DNA of 32,162 nt from Myxococcales bacterium (GTDB taxonomy: Bacteria > Myxococcota_A > UBA9042): assembly GCA_037441385.1 (NCBI GenBank), contig JBBISH010000078.1, forward strand, positions 1-32,162, in the 5' to 3' direction. Made by a program: the position numbers and the translations under genes. Each line of letters opens with the position of its first letter. Positions within the stretch are counted from its first letter, which is position 1. The notes beneath the pieces were generated by a model. That model saw only the letters and a program-made list of their open reading frames with translations, was not told the origin of the DNA and made no database searches. This document shows positions 8,569 through 17,986 of this stretch, piece after piece.

Positions 8569-10170
8569 CTACAGACGAAAATCGTCGTCTTTTTTGGACG
8601 GTTGCGTGCTCGAAGGCCGCTTGGCCGGGCGGGCCGCAGCTGGGGCCGCCGGCGATTCTGCGGTCGCTTCGTCGGGCAGCGGCTGCGCGGGAGGGACCGC
8701 GGCCGGGGGGGCTGCTGTGGGCGCGGCCACCGCGGGCGGACGAGCGGCCACAACTGGAGCGGCCGGCGCTGGGTTCGCCGGGACTGGGTTGGCCGGGGCA
8801 ATGGGTGCCGGAATCGCGACTTGGCCGGCAGCGGACGGCGCCGGGGGAGAAACCGCCGCGGGAGCTGGCGCGGACGGGGCCGCGATCGCGGGCGAGGCGG
8901 GCTGAACGGGGGCCTGGCCGCGGGCAAACCACAGCGCCGCCGCCGCGCCTGCGGCCAAAAGTCCAACGGCGGCGACGACCATAGCGACCATGGGTCCACG
9001 GCCCGTCTTGGCGGCCGCCGCAGGGTCTGCAACCGGTGCCGCTGCCAGGGCTGCTGGATCGGGACGATAGGCCAGGGTCGCTTGGGGCGCGGCGGCACCG
9101 TCGGCCAGGGGTGCGGTGGTGCGCTGCATGGCCACGGTGGGCTTGACGTCCGTGGGCATCTGCCGGTCCGGGCGCTGCGGCACCGGCCGATTGGGCCGCA
9201 CGCCGGCGGCGCCGGCAAGAATCCTTTGCAGTTCCGCTTTGTAGGCCTGCGCATCCGCGCTGCGACCGGCGGGCGATTTGCTCAAGTTGCGCGCCAGGAA
9301 CGGCTCGATGGCCGCCGCCACCGCTAGGTTGGGCGCCACTTGCGACAGCCGCGGCGGCTCGTCTTTGAGGTGCTTGATCAGCAACGACATCGGCGACGAG
9401 TCCTGGAACGGCAGCTGCCCGGACAACATCTCGAATACCATAACTGTCAAGGAATATAGATCCGAGCTGCCGATCACGTCGCTGCGCCCATCGATCTGCT
9501 CGGGGCTCATGTACTGAGGCGTGCCCACGATGGCGCCGGCCTCGGTCAACGTGCTCAGCGCGCGCTCGTCGTGGCCGGCCACCTTGGCGATGCCAAAGTC
9601 CAGGATTTTGACAAAGTCGTCGGCGCCGGCCTGGCTGGTCAGCAACACGTTGTCGGGCTTGAGGTCGCGGTGGATGATGCCTTGGGCGTGCGCTTCGGCC
9701 AAGGCGTCGCAAATCTGCCCAGCAATCGCCGATACGCGCGGCGGCGGCAGCGGCCCCTTGGCCAAGTCGTGCGACAGCGAGCGCCCCTTGACCAACTCCA
9801 TGACCAGATACAGCAGGCCCTGGCTGGTCTGGCCAAAGTCGACCAGATGCACCGTATGCGAGTGCGCCAGCCGCGAAATGACCTGGGCCTCGCGGTGGAA
9901 GCGGCGCACGGTCTCGGCGTCGGCGACCTGATCGGGGTGGATGACCTTGATGGCCACCTCGCGCCCCACGGACACCTGCGTGCCCACGTAGACGGCGCCC
10001 ATCCCGCCCTGACCCAGGAGCCGGTCGATGCGGAAGCGGCCGTCCAAGTCGGTACCGACCAACTGCGCGGCCCGGTCGGGCTGGACGAGCAAGAGCTTGG
10101 CGCCATCGTCCGGGCAGACTTGGACGCCGGCTTCAAAATCACGACTACAGGCAGGGCAGACAGAACGCAT
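8569..10170 (-). CDS. Membrane Ser/Thr protein kinase with N-terminal Zn-ribbon-like CPAC..CPDD
   Basis: GQGGMGAVY, VAIKVI, HRDLKPDN, DFG, GTPQYMSPE; TM helix then Pro/Ala tail. Start set at ATG 10170 because the longer ORF overlaps the divergent gene. Confidence 0.93.
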   Translation of the reverse strand: MRSVCPACSRDFEAGVQVCPDDGAKLLLVQPDRAAQLVGTDLDGRFRIDRLLGQGGMGAVYVGTQVSVGREVAIKVIHPDQVADAETVRRFHREAQVISRLAHSHTVHLVDFGQTSQGLLYLVMELVKGRSLSHDLAKGPLPPPRVSAIAGQICDALAEAHAQGIIHRDLKPDNVLLTSQAGADDFVKILDFGIAKVAGHDERALSTLTEAGAIVGTPQYMSPEQIDGRSDVIGSSDLYSLTVMVFEMLSGQLPFQDSSPMSLLIKHLKDEPPRLSQVAPNLAVAAAIEPFLARNLSKSPAGRSADAQAYKAELQRILAGAAGVRPNRPVPQRPDRQMPTDVKPTVAMQRTTAPLADGAAAPQATLAYRPDPAALAAAPVADPAAAAKTGRGPMVAMVVAAVGLLAAGAAAALWFARGQAPVQPASPAIAAPSAPAPAAVSPPAPSAAGQVAIPAPIAPANPVPANPAPAAPVVAARPPAVAAPTAAPPAAVPPAQPLPDEATAESPAAPAAARPAKRPSSTQPSKKDDDFRL

Positions 10171-10354
10171 CACAGGGCGATGGTAGGGCCGAGCGCGCCC
10201 CCGCGCAATCAATTGCGGATTGAACGGCCAATCCTTCGGCTCTTCTGGGCTTTGCGGGCAGGCAATCGCGGCGGCTGCCGTTGCTCGCAGCGGCCAATTC
10301 CGGTACAAACGCGCTCGAAACTGCCGGCCACGCCTTGGCCGCGAGATCCCAAAG

Positions 10355-11935
10355 ATGCAAGCTCTTCCCTCTCTGCTGCGAATTCGTTGGTCAGCGGCTG
10401 CCCTGGCGTTGACCGTGGTTGCGACCGGCTGCGGCGGTTCCAAGCTGTCGGCCTTCCTGCGCGACGACCCCTCGCTGAGCTACGGCAAGACCTGCGCGGC
10501 CCAGTCCAAGTCGCAGACCGAGCGCCTGATCTCGGGCGACTACGTGCCTGCGCGCCTTTTTGTAGAGACGTGGCCCAAGGCGAGCGCGCCCACCGAGCCC
10601 TTCATCCGCGAAGGTCGGTTGGTCGCCGCCATCGAGTCCGGCGAAGTGCATCGCGTCTTGGTCCTGGCGCGCGGCGGCATGGGCAAGTCGGCGCTGGTCG
10701 AGTCGATCACGGGGCAACTGTGCGGAACAGTTCCCGTATTCCCGCTGGACCTGACGGCGCTGTCCAAGGTCGACCGGCCCGTGTCCGCCACGATTGTGGG
10801 GCAGATTGCCCGCGAAATCGGCGCGTCGGGCAAGCCCGAGCAGCAGCAAGAATTGCTCGAGGCCATGGCCAACGAGGCGTTCTTGGTGGTGGCCGACCAC
10901 GCCGACGAAGTCGACCTGGCCCGCCGCCCTGCCGTAATGCAAGCCCTGGCCGACTTTGGCAAAGAGCACGCGCGCACTGTGACGTTGTTGCTGGCGCGTC
11001 CGCCCGTCCTGGATGCCGACTATGGTTTTTCGGCCGACACCAAGCTGGAGATTCCGCCGCTGGAGTGCCAGGCGACCGATGCCGTATTAGCCAAGCAATT
11101 CAAAGATGAAGAGGACCGCGCGGCCTTCTCGCAGCTGCTCAACCGCTACGGCTTGGACGAAAAGGCCCGCTATGGCGTGCAGTGCATGTATCCGTCGCTG
11201 TCGACCTATCGCGACGTGCAGGTGGTGAGCGAGTTCTTCCGCACCTCGCGCACCGGCGAGAGCCTGGTCAGCCCGTCGGCCGTGTTCGAAGCCCTGATTG
11301 GCGCACGTCTGCACAAGGAATTCGAGGACATGCGTTGGACTCAGGCCGACGCCCTGGACATGGGCGATCGGTTGCTGCGGGCCAGCAACGCCGCCACCGG
11401 TCTGTCGAACCTGACCTTTGACCTGGCGGTCTGCGAGAAGTCGATCGACCCGCGCTGGGGCGATGCCGCAGTGGACGCGGGTGTGTCGGGCAGCGCGACC
11501 GATCGCAAACGCCACGTATGCGAAAAGACTTTCCAAAGCGCGATGTTCACCTCTGCAGAGGGTGACAAGGGCTACAAGTTCTCGGACCACTCGACGCAAG
11601 AACTGTTCCTGGCGCGTTGGCTCAACGGCGAGGTCGCGCGTGCGGGCCAGAACTGCGGGTCGCTAGAGGCCCACCGCGACTTGATCGCCAACACGGGTGT
11701 GCTCAAGTTCCTGGCAGGTCAGCCTTTTGGCCGTCGCTGTCTGGCCAACGTGGTGGCCATCGGCTGCGCCAAGATCGACGCCATCGAACTCACCAAGACC
11801 CTGGATGTGGGCCTACCGGTGGGCAAAGTGCGCAACCAAATCCTGCAAGAAGCGCACGCGGCGGGTACGTCGCTGCAACCCCAGGCGTGCGTGAAGCAAG
11901 TTCTGGACGACCTGGACCGCACGGTGAGCGAGTAG
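10355..11935 (+). CDS. Lipoprotein containing a NACHT/STAND-like P-loop NTPase module
   Basis: Signal peptide and lipobox AAALALTVVATG-C; Walker A VLVLARGGMGKS; Walker B FLVVADHADE; sensor-like LLLARP; LEIPPL; winged-helix-like YKFSDHSTQELFLARWL. Confidence 0.75.
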   Translation: MQALPSLLRIRWSAAALALTVVATGCGGSKLSAFLRDDPSLSYGKTCAAQSKSQTERLISGDYVPARLFVETWPKASAPTEPFIREGRLVAAIESGEVHRVLVLARGGMGKSALVESITGQLCGTVPVFPLDLTALSKVDRPVSATIVGQIAREIGASGKPEQQQELLEAMANEAFLVVADHADEVDLARRPAVMQALADFGKEHARTVTLLLARPPVLDADYGFSADTKLEIPPLECQATDAVLAKQFKDEEDRAAFSQLLNRYGLDEKARYGVQCMYPSLSTYRDVQVVSEFFRTSRTGESLVSPSAVFEALIGARLHKEFEDMRWTQADALDMGDRLLRASNAATGLSNLTFDLAVCEKSIDPRWGDAAVDAGVSGSATDRKRHVCEKTFQSAMFTSAEGDKGYKFSDHSTQELFLARWLNGEVARAGQNCGSLEAHRDLIANTGVLKFLAGQPFGRRCLANVVAIGCAKIDAIELTKTLDVGLPVGKVRNQILQEAHAAGTSLQPQACVKQVLDDLDRTVSE

Positions 11936-11950
11936 GCTGAGGGCCCCGGC

Positions 11951-12619
11951 ATGAGCACAGAGCCCTTTGTCCATGGCGAACCCCTTGCGGCCGATGGCCA
12001 CGCTGCGCCTTCGGTGGCCCTGTGGGTGCTGGTGGCGCTGGTGGCGGCGGTCGCGGCGCTGTGGACTGGGCCAGGGGCGGCACTGCCGCCAGCGCAGACC
12101 GACGCCGCCTTTGACCTGGAGCGCGATCTTGGCGAAGCCACTGTGGTTCTGTCGCGCCCCTCTGGCGAAGTGCCCTGCCCGCGTTCGGCCGCCGACGGGC
12201 GCTTTCGCTGCGGCAGCGAGTACTGGCAGTTTGTCGGCGCCTACGCCGGCATGAGCGGGGGCCGCCCGCGCCGCTGCACCTGGGTCCACCCGATCGCCGC
12301 CGACGCCACCACCGTCCTTCGCTGGAAAGATCAGACCTTGGGGCAGACTCTGCAGGCTGGCATTGGCTTGGTCGACGAAGCGGGCGGCGGCGCGGCGGTC
12401 ACCATGCGGGTCCTCACGGGCACCGAAGAGCTCGTCAGCTTGTCAAGCAGCGATTCGCGCCAGTGGGCGAGTGCCGACAAGCCACTGCCGGTCGGGCGGG
12501 CCAAGGGCGACGTGCGGATCGAGATTCGCACCAGCAACCCCAATTTACGCATGGCGTGCATCGACTTGCACATGGTTGGCCGCCGCCCCGCTAGCGTCCG
12601 CGCCGGGGACCAGCCATGA
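11951..12619 (+). CDS. Exported or membrane-anchored protein, C-terminal beta-sandwich (NPCBM/NEW2-like, tentative)
   Basis: N-terminal hydrophobic helix; four Cys; LQAGIGLVDE..AVTMRV pattern; 15 nt after the upstream stop; ATGA overlap with the next gene. Confidence 0.65.
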   Translation: MSTEPFVHGEPLAADGHAAPSVALWVLVALVAAVAALWTGPGAALPPAQTDAAFDLERDLGEATVVLSRPSGEVPCPRSAADGRFRCGSEYWQFVGAYAGMSGGRPRRCTWVHPIAADATTVLRWKDQTLGQTLQAGIGLVDEAGGGAAVTMRVLTGTEELVSLSSSDSRQWASADKPLPVGRAKGDVRIEIRTSNPNLRMACIDLHMVGRRPASVRAGDQP

Positions 12620-14103
12620 GCGTTCGTTCGCCGGAGCCGGGCGTCGGCCCGCTGTATTGGCTGGGTCAGGCGGCTACCCTGGCGGCTTGCCTGGTCTTGG
12701 CTTGGTTCTGGACTGCGAGTGGGGCGCCGCTCGCCGCATCGGCTTGGCATTGGTTCACGGCGCTTGGGGGCCCGGCGGGCGAAGCGCGCGGCTGGGGCCA
12801 GCTGCTGGTGCGGGGGGTGGCGGCCCTGCCCAAGGCGGCTCAGGCCGACTCGCTGTGGACGGTGCAGAGCCTGCAACTTGGCATTGCGGCAGCCTGTTTG
12901 TATGCCGCGGCGACCCTGGCGCACCGGTTGGTGGGTCTGTGGGCGGCGCTGCCCACGGCGCTGCTTCTGGCGGTGTGGCCACTGGCCCGCCAGGGCGTAG
13001 AGGCGGTCTCTGCCGAGTCGCTGCTGGCCCTGGCCTCGCTGATGGCAGCCCACGCGACCGTGCGCTGGAACAGCAAGCCGCGCCTGTCGGCGGTGCTGCT
13101 GGGTGTGGGGACGGCGTTGGCGGCCGTAGCGCACCCGCTGGGCCTGCTGTGGGCGCCAGGTCTGGCGTTGGCCACGCTAGTGCTCCCGGTGGCGCAGGAT
13201 CCCAGCGAAGTCGACAGCAGCCAGCCGCGACCCGACATGCCGGTGGGCGATCGGTTCTTGGCGTGGTTGGCGGCGATGGCGCTCGCGGTCGGATTGTTGC
13301 TGCTGGCGCTGCGACCGGGCGGGTTGGGGCCGTGGGGAACCGGTCAATTCGCGGCGTTGCGGCACAGCGGCGAGCCAACCGAACTGGGCACAGTGGCGGC
13401 GCTGCCGCTGGTGGGCCCGCTTTGGGTAGTGGTGGCGCAGTGGCCGGTGGCGGTGGCGTTCTTGGCTGCGGCGACGATGGTGCGCGGGGTGACGGCGCTG
13501 CGCAAGACCCGGCTGGGCGGACCGGCTGGCGTGGCGGTGATTGGCTGGCTGGCGATTGGCATTGCCCGGTTTCCGTTGGCGGATCACCTGGACGCCGCCG
13601 TGGCCCTGGCGCCCATGGCAACCGTGATGGCGGGTGTGGGCGCGGGCCGCCGCTTGCGCGACCTGGTCGTGCAGGGCCGACAGCCGGCCGCCGCGGTGTG
13701 GGCCGCAGCCGCGATGATGCTGCTGTCGGCCGACTTGTGGGTGCAGCAAAAACAAGATCGCCGATCGCTCGTGGCGCGCGTGGCTGGCGTGCCGGTCAAC
13801 GTAGATTGCACCCAGGCCGCGCGGCTTGGGCCCGGCGACATCGCGCTGTTGCAGATGTACCCCGAACCTACAGCCGTCCTGCCCGCGCGCTCTGGCGGCG
13901 CCGACTTGGCCACTTCGCTGCGCCACCTGCTGCCGCGGTTCGGCGGCCGCAGTTTTGGGGCGGCCCATTCGGCGCGGATCGCGCTGCTGCCAGATCCGCC
14001 TCGCTCGCCGATCGACCGCGCCCTGGCGGAACACGGCAAACGGTTGGCCTGCACGCAAAATGGCCGGCGCTGTGCCTACCGGCTGGCCGTTGCGGCGCCC
14101 TGA
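12616..14103 (+). CDS. Polytopic membrane protein, possible GT-C (PMT-like) glycosyltransferase
   Basis: Many hydrophobic helices plus a soluble C-terminal domain; ATGA coupling. The family call rests on topology only. Confidence 0.6.
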   Translation: MSVRSPEPGVGPLYWLGQAATLAACLVLAWFWTASGAPLAASAWHWFTALGGPAGEARGWGQLLVRGVAALPKAAQADSLWTVQSLQLGIAAACLYAAATLAHRLVGLWAALPTALLLAVWPLARQGVEAVSAESLLALASLMAAHATVRWNSKPRLSAVLLGVGTALAAVAHPLGLLWAPGLALATLVLPVAQDPSEVDSSQPRPDMPVGDRFLAWLAAMALAVGLLLLALRPGGLGPWGTGQFAALRHSGEPTELGTVAALPLVGPLWVVVAQWPVAVAFLAAATMVRGVTALRKTRLGGPAGVAVIGWLAIGIARFPLADHLDAAVALAPMATVMAGVGAGRRLRDLVVQGRQPAAAVWAAAAMMLLSADLWVQQKQDRRSLVARVAGVPVNVDCTQAARLGPGDIALLQMYPEPTAVLPARSGGADLATSLRHLLPRFGGRSFGAAHSARIALLPDPPRSPIDRALAEHGKRLACTQNGRRCAYRLAVAAP

Positions 14104-14307
14104 CCCCGGCAGGATAGCCTGCGAAAGAAGCGAAGCGCGGCGTGGTGGTCCGCGGCCGAAAACGGGCGCTGGACGGTTCGGATCCGCGGAGGAAGTCTAG
14201 AATGATCCGCTCTCTAGTTCGACAGGCCTGGTAGGCGCCCTTGCTTCAACGAAAAACCAGCATGTTGAACTACGCGGCCGTGGCTGCGGCCGTGCGCGGG
14301 GGTCGCC

Positions 14308-14324
14308 GGGGGCGGCGCGCCCCC
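14308..14324. terminator. Possible intrinsic terminator hairpin between convergent genes
   Basis: GGGGGCG-GCG-CGCCCCC 7-bp stem followed on + by TTGGCCTTTTCT; weak U-tract. Confidence 0.3.
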
Positions 14325-14338
14325 TTGGCCTTTTCTAC

Positions 14339-16102
14339 CTAAAGCCGCTCTTCCAAAGCGCTCTTACCGCCGGTCTTTTCGCCCCCGGTCTTGGTGCCAC
14401 CCGTCTTGACCTTGGCGGGCCCGCCGGTAGCGGCCTTCTTGGGCTCGGCCGGCCGCTCGTCTTCTAGCTTGCGCAGATCGACCTGGACCGTGGGTGCGTC
14501 GGCGCGGGTGACATCCATCTCGCGGTCGGCAAAGCCCTCTGCCTGCAGCAGCACGGTCACGCGCTCGCTGCCCTGGATCTTGACCGCATACGGCGTCTTG
14601 CCCACTTCTTTTTCGCCGATCTTCACGGCGGCACCGGCCGGCTTGGTGTGGAGCATTACCTCGACCGGCCCAGAGGGGACCGGCGCCGCCGCGACCGGGG
14701 CTGGGGCAGGGGCGGGCGCTGGCGCAGGCTCTGCGGGTTTGGGTGCAGGGGCGACGGGGGCAGCGGCCGCGGCTGGTGGCGGCACAGGAGCCTCCTCGCT
14801 GCGCGACATGAAGTAGCCCCCCACCACGAGGATGAGCGCCAAAACCGCACCGCCGGCCGCCAGGGCCGCCATAGGCAGCGACTTGGCGGTGGGCGGGGTC
14901 ATCAAGGCGACGTCCACTGCCGCGACTCCCGCAGTGTGGCTGGCCGGGGCGGGCGGCGGCACAGGTGTCACGCCCTTGGGCCCGGTGTTGGGCCGGACCG
15001 AAGGGGGCGTACGCGCCCGACCGCCATCGGTGTACGACGACGTCTTGTGGCGCGCCGCCACCACATCGTAGCTCTCGGTCGCGGGCTCGGCGTCGTCGGT
15101 GGCGGGCACGGTGCCGGGCAAGATGGTCGGCCGAATTCGCTCGCCGCGATCGGCACCCCGGCACGCATCCAGCGCTTGGCGCATCTCGATGGCAGTCTCG
15201 AAGCGGTCGGATGGCGACTTGGCCATCGCCCTCTCGACCACGCGGATGAAGTCGTCGCTGAGCGGCGAACGTGCCGTCTCGTGCAGATCCGGCGCCGTAT
15301 CCGCCACATGCGACATCAAGATCGACAGCGGGTTGTCGGCATCAAACGGCGGCTTGCCGGAAGCCAACTGGTACAGCACGCAACCCAGCGAATACAGGTC
15401 CGAGCGCCGGTCGACGTTCTTGTTCTGCGCCTGCTCGGGGCTCATGTACGCCGGCGTGCCAAAGGCCTTGCCTGTGCCCGTCAGGTTGCTGCCCAGGCGC
15501 TTGGCGATGCCAAAGTCCAGCACCTTCACCACGGGGTCATCGCCCTGCACTTGGTGCAAGAAGATGTTGTGCGGCTTCAGGTCGCGGTGCACCAGGTTCG
15601 CCATATGGGCTTCGGACAGCGAGCGCAGCACCTGCGAGCCGATCGTGATGATCTCCGCCTCGGTAAACGGCTGGTTTTCGGCCAGGCGGTCGCGCAGCTC
15701 TTCGTTGAGCGGCCGACCACTCAGCAGCTCCATGGCGATGTAGAGCGCGCCGCCCTCGGTCTGGCCAAAATCAAAGACGCGGATGGTGTTGGGATGCTTG
15801 AGCGATGCCGTCACCTGCGCTTCGGCAAAAAAGCGCTGGATCACGTCCGAGTCGTCTTGGTCCAGGGCCACCGCCAGCAGCTTGATGGCAATGTCCTGGT
15901 CGGTGGCCATGTTCTTGGCCTTGTAGACCGCGCCGAATCCGCCTTGGCCGATGATCTTGTCGATGCGGTAGCGCCCGTTGACTTCGGTGCCCTCGGGCAG
16001 CTTGGCGTCGGGGTTCTGCGACAGCACCAAGGTGGCGGTCCCGTCGTCCGGGCACCGCGCTTCCTGAGTCTTTTTGCCGCATTTGGGACAAAGGCGTTTC
16101 AA
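14339..16102 (-). CDS. Membrane Ser/Thr protein kinase with N-terminal CPKC..CPDD and C-terminal PEGA domain
   Basis: TTG start at 16102, 8 nt after GGAGG; GQGGFGAVY, IAIKLL, HRDLKPHN, DFG, GTPAYMSPE; TM helix; PEGA-like TKPAGAAVKIGEKEVGKTP. The rest of the 1111-aa ORF is antisense to ffh. Confidence 0.92.
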   Translation of the reverse strand: MKRLCPKCGKKTQEARCPDDGTATLVLSQNPDAKLPEGTEVNGRYRIDKIIGQGGFGAVYKAKNMATDQDIAIKLLAVALDQDDSDVIQRFFAEAQVTASLKHPNTIRVFDFGQTEGGALYIAMELLSGRPLNEELRDRLAENQPFTEAEIITIGSQVLRSLSEAHMANLVHRDLKPHNIFLHQVQGDDPVVKVLDFGIAKRLGSNLTGTGKAFGTPAYMSPEQAQNKNVDRRSDLYSLGCVLYQLASGKPPFDADNPLSILMSHVADTAPDLHETARSPLSDDFIRVVERAMAKSPSDRFETAIEMRQALDACRGADRGERIRPTILPGTVPATDDAEPATESYDVVAARHKTSSYTDGGRARTPPSVRPNTGPKGVTPVPPPAPASHTAGVAAVDVALMTPPTAKSLPMAALAAGGAVLALILVVGGYFMSRSEEAPVPPPAAAAAPVAPAPKPAEPAPAPAPAPAPVAAAPVPSGPVEVMLHTKPAGAAVKIGEKEVGKTPYAVKIQGSERVTVLLQAEGFADREMDVTRADAPTVQVDLRKLEDERPAEPKKAATGGPAKVKTGGTKTGGEKTGGKSALEERL

Positions 16103-16312
16103 CTTGCCATCCTCCGAGCGACCTTGCGCCGCGCCGCCTGAAAGGTTGGACGCAGCAACTGCACGCCGGATTCGGTATCTTAGACCATGCGTAGCCAGTT
16201 TGGCGAATTCGCCGAGTTGGCAATTCGCGAGCCGTGCGTTGCCAGAAGCCGGGCTGGGCGCTACCCTACGCGGCCTTTGCCGGCCCAGCCATCGGGCCGA
16301 AACACTGCGATC

Positions 16313-17986
16313 ATGCTCGAATCGATTACCAAAGGTTTCCGCTCTGCCCGTCACCGCCTGCAGGGCTATCGCGAACTGGACGAAGACACCCTGGAAGAGG
16401 TGCTGCAGGACATCCGCACGTCGCTGCTGGAAGCCGACGTCGAGTTCGGGGTCGCCAAGCGGTTCCTGGCCGAGGTCAAGGCCAAGGCGCTGGGCGAGGT
16501 CGTGCAAGTGCGCGCCGCCGATGGCGCAGGCCAGACCCGCCGCGTAACTCCTCAAGATCACTTCATCAAGATCTGTCACGACGAGCTCATGACGCTGATG
16601 GATCCGGGCGAGCCGGGCATCACCTTCAAGCCGAAGGGCGTGACCAGCATCATGATGGTCGGTCTGCAGGGCTCGGGCAAGACGACCACGGCCGGCAAGC
16701 TGGCGAATCTGTTCAAGTCCGAGGGCAAGAAGGTCCTTTTGGTCGCCGCCGACGTGTACCGCCCGGCCGCCATCGACCAGTTGAAGGTCCTGGGCCAGCG
16801 CCTGGAGGTGCCGGTGCACTCGGTAGCGGGCATGATGCCGCCCGAGCTGTGCAAGACCGGGTTCGACAAGGCCAAAGACGGCAACTTCGACGTCGTGATC
16901 TTCGATACCGCCGGCCGCTTGACGATCGATCAGCAGCTGATGGACGAGCTGGGCACGATCCGCAAGCAGACCCCGCCCGATCACGTGCTGCTGGTCATCG
17001 ACGCGATGATCGGTCAGGACGCGGTCACGACCGCCAAGCATTTCAACGAGAAGGTGGGCATCGACGGCGTGGTGCTGACCAAGCTCGACGGCGATGCCCG
17101 CGGCGGCGCAGCGCTGTCGGTCAAGATGGTCACGGGCGCGCCGGTCAAGTTCGTGGGCTTGGGCGAGGGCCTGGACAAGCTGGAGCCGTTCCGCGCCGAA
17201 GGCATGGCCAGCCGCATCCTGGGCATGGGCGACGTCGTCAGCTTGATGAACGATTTCAGCAAGCTCATTGACGAAAAGAAGGCCGAGCAAGACGCCAAGC
17301 GGCTGCTGACCGGCAAGTTCACGCTGTCGGATTTCTTGGAGCAGATCCGTTTGCTCAAGAAGATGGGCAGCTTGCGCGACGTGATGGAGCGGCTGCCGTT
17401 TTTCTCGGACGCGCTGGCCGACGGGATGAAATTCGACGATCGCGAGCTGATCCGCATCGAGGCGATCATCCAGTCGATGACACCCGAAGAGCGCAAGAAG
17501 CCTGCGATTTTGAACGCGCGCCGGGTGCAGCGCATCGCTCGCGGCTCGGGTCGCAAGCCGCAAGATGTGCTGGATCTGGTGCAGCGCTACGAGGTGATGC
17601 GGCAGATGATGGCGCGTATCGGCCAGGCGCCGGGGCTGCTGTCGCGGCTGCCGGGCTTTGGCCAGATGGCGCAACTTAGCAAGATGAAAGGCGCGGGCGT
17701 CGACGGCTTCTTTGACGAAGTGGAGAAGATGGCGATGCCGGGGATGGGCGGCATGCCGGGGATGCCGGGGATGCCCGGAATGGGTGGCATGCCGGGGATG
17801 CCCGGAATGCCGGGGATGCCTGGGATGGGCGGTATGCCCGGAATGCCGGGCGGTTTTGGCGGGATGGACCCCTTTGGCATGGCCGGCCAGCCCAAGCTGC
17901 CGCCGCGCCGCGAGGTCGACCGCGACGACCGCAAGAAGAAGAACAAGCAGGCCGCCCAGGCGCGCAAGAAGAACCGCAAGAAGTAG
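16313..17986 (+). CDS. ffh: Signal recognition particle protein Ffh
   Basis: LLEADV, GLQGSGKTT, ADVYRPAA, DTAGR, TKLDGDARGGAALS, RILGMGD, IIQSMT.EER, RIARGSG. Confidence 0.98.
   Translation: MLESITKGFRSARHRLQGYRELDEDTLEEVLQDIRTSLLEADVEFGVAKRFLAEVKAKALGEVVQVRAADGAGQTRRVTPQDHFIKICHDELMTLMDPGEPGITFKPKGVTSIMMVGLQGSGKTTTAGKLANLFKSEGKKVLLVAADVYRPAAIDQLKVLGQRLEVPVHSVAGMMPPELCKTGFDKAKDGNFDVVIFDTAGRLTIDQQLMDELGTIRKQTPPDHVLLVIDAMIGQDAVTTAKHFNEKVGIDGVVLTKLDGDARGGAALSVKMVTGAPVKFVGLGEGLDKLEPFRAEGMASRILGMGDVVSLMNDFSKLIDEKKAEQDAKRLLTGKFTLSDFLEQIRLLKKMGSLRDVMERLPFFSDALADGMKFDDRELIRIEAIIQSMTPEERKKPAILNARRVQRIARGSGRKPQDVLDLVQRYEVMRQMMARIGQAPGLLSRLPGFGQMAQLSKMKGAGVDGFFDEVEKMAMPGMGGMPGMPGMPGMGGMPGMPGMPGMPGMGGMPGMPGGFGGMDPFGMAGQPKLPPRREVDRDDRKKKNKQAAQARKKNRKK
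17735..17851 (+). repeat. 13 x 9-bp coding tandem repeat (MPG x10, MGG x3) in the Ffh C-tail
   Basis: ATGCCNGGN / ATGGGNGGN units with synonymous variation. Confidence 0.9.

Noticed and set aside
16103..17674. 1111-aa kinase with a long N-terminal extension
   Set aside because: The extension is the antisense shadow of ffh; a GGAGG + TTG start exists at 16102.
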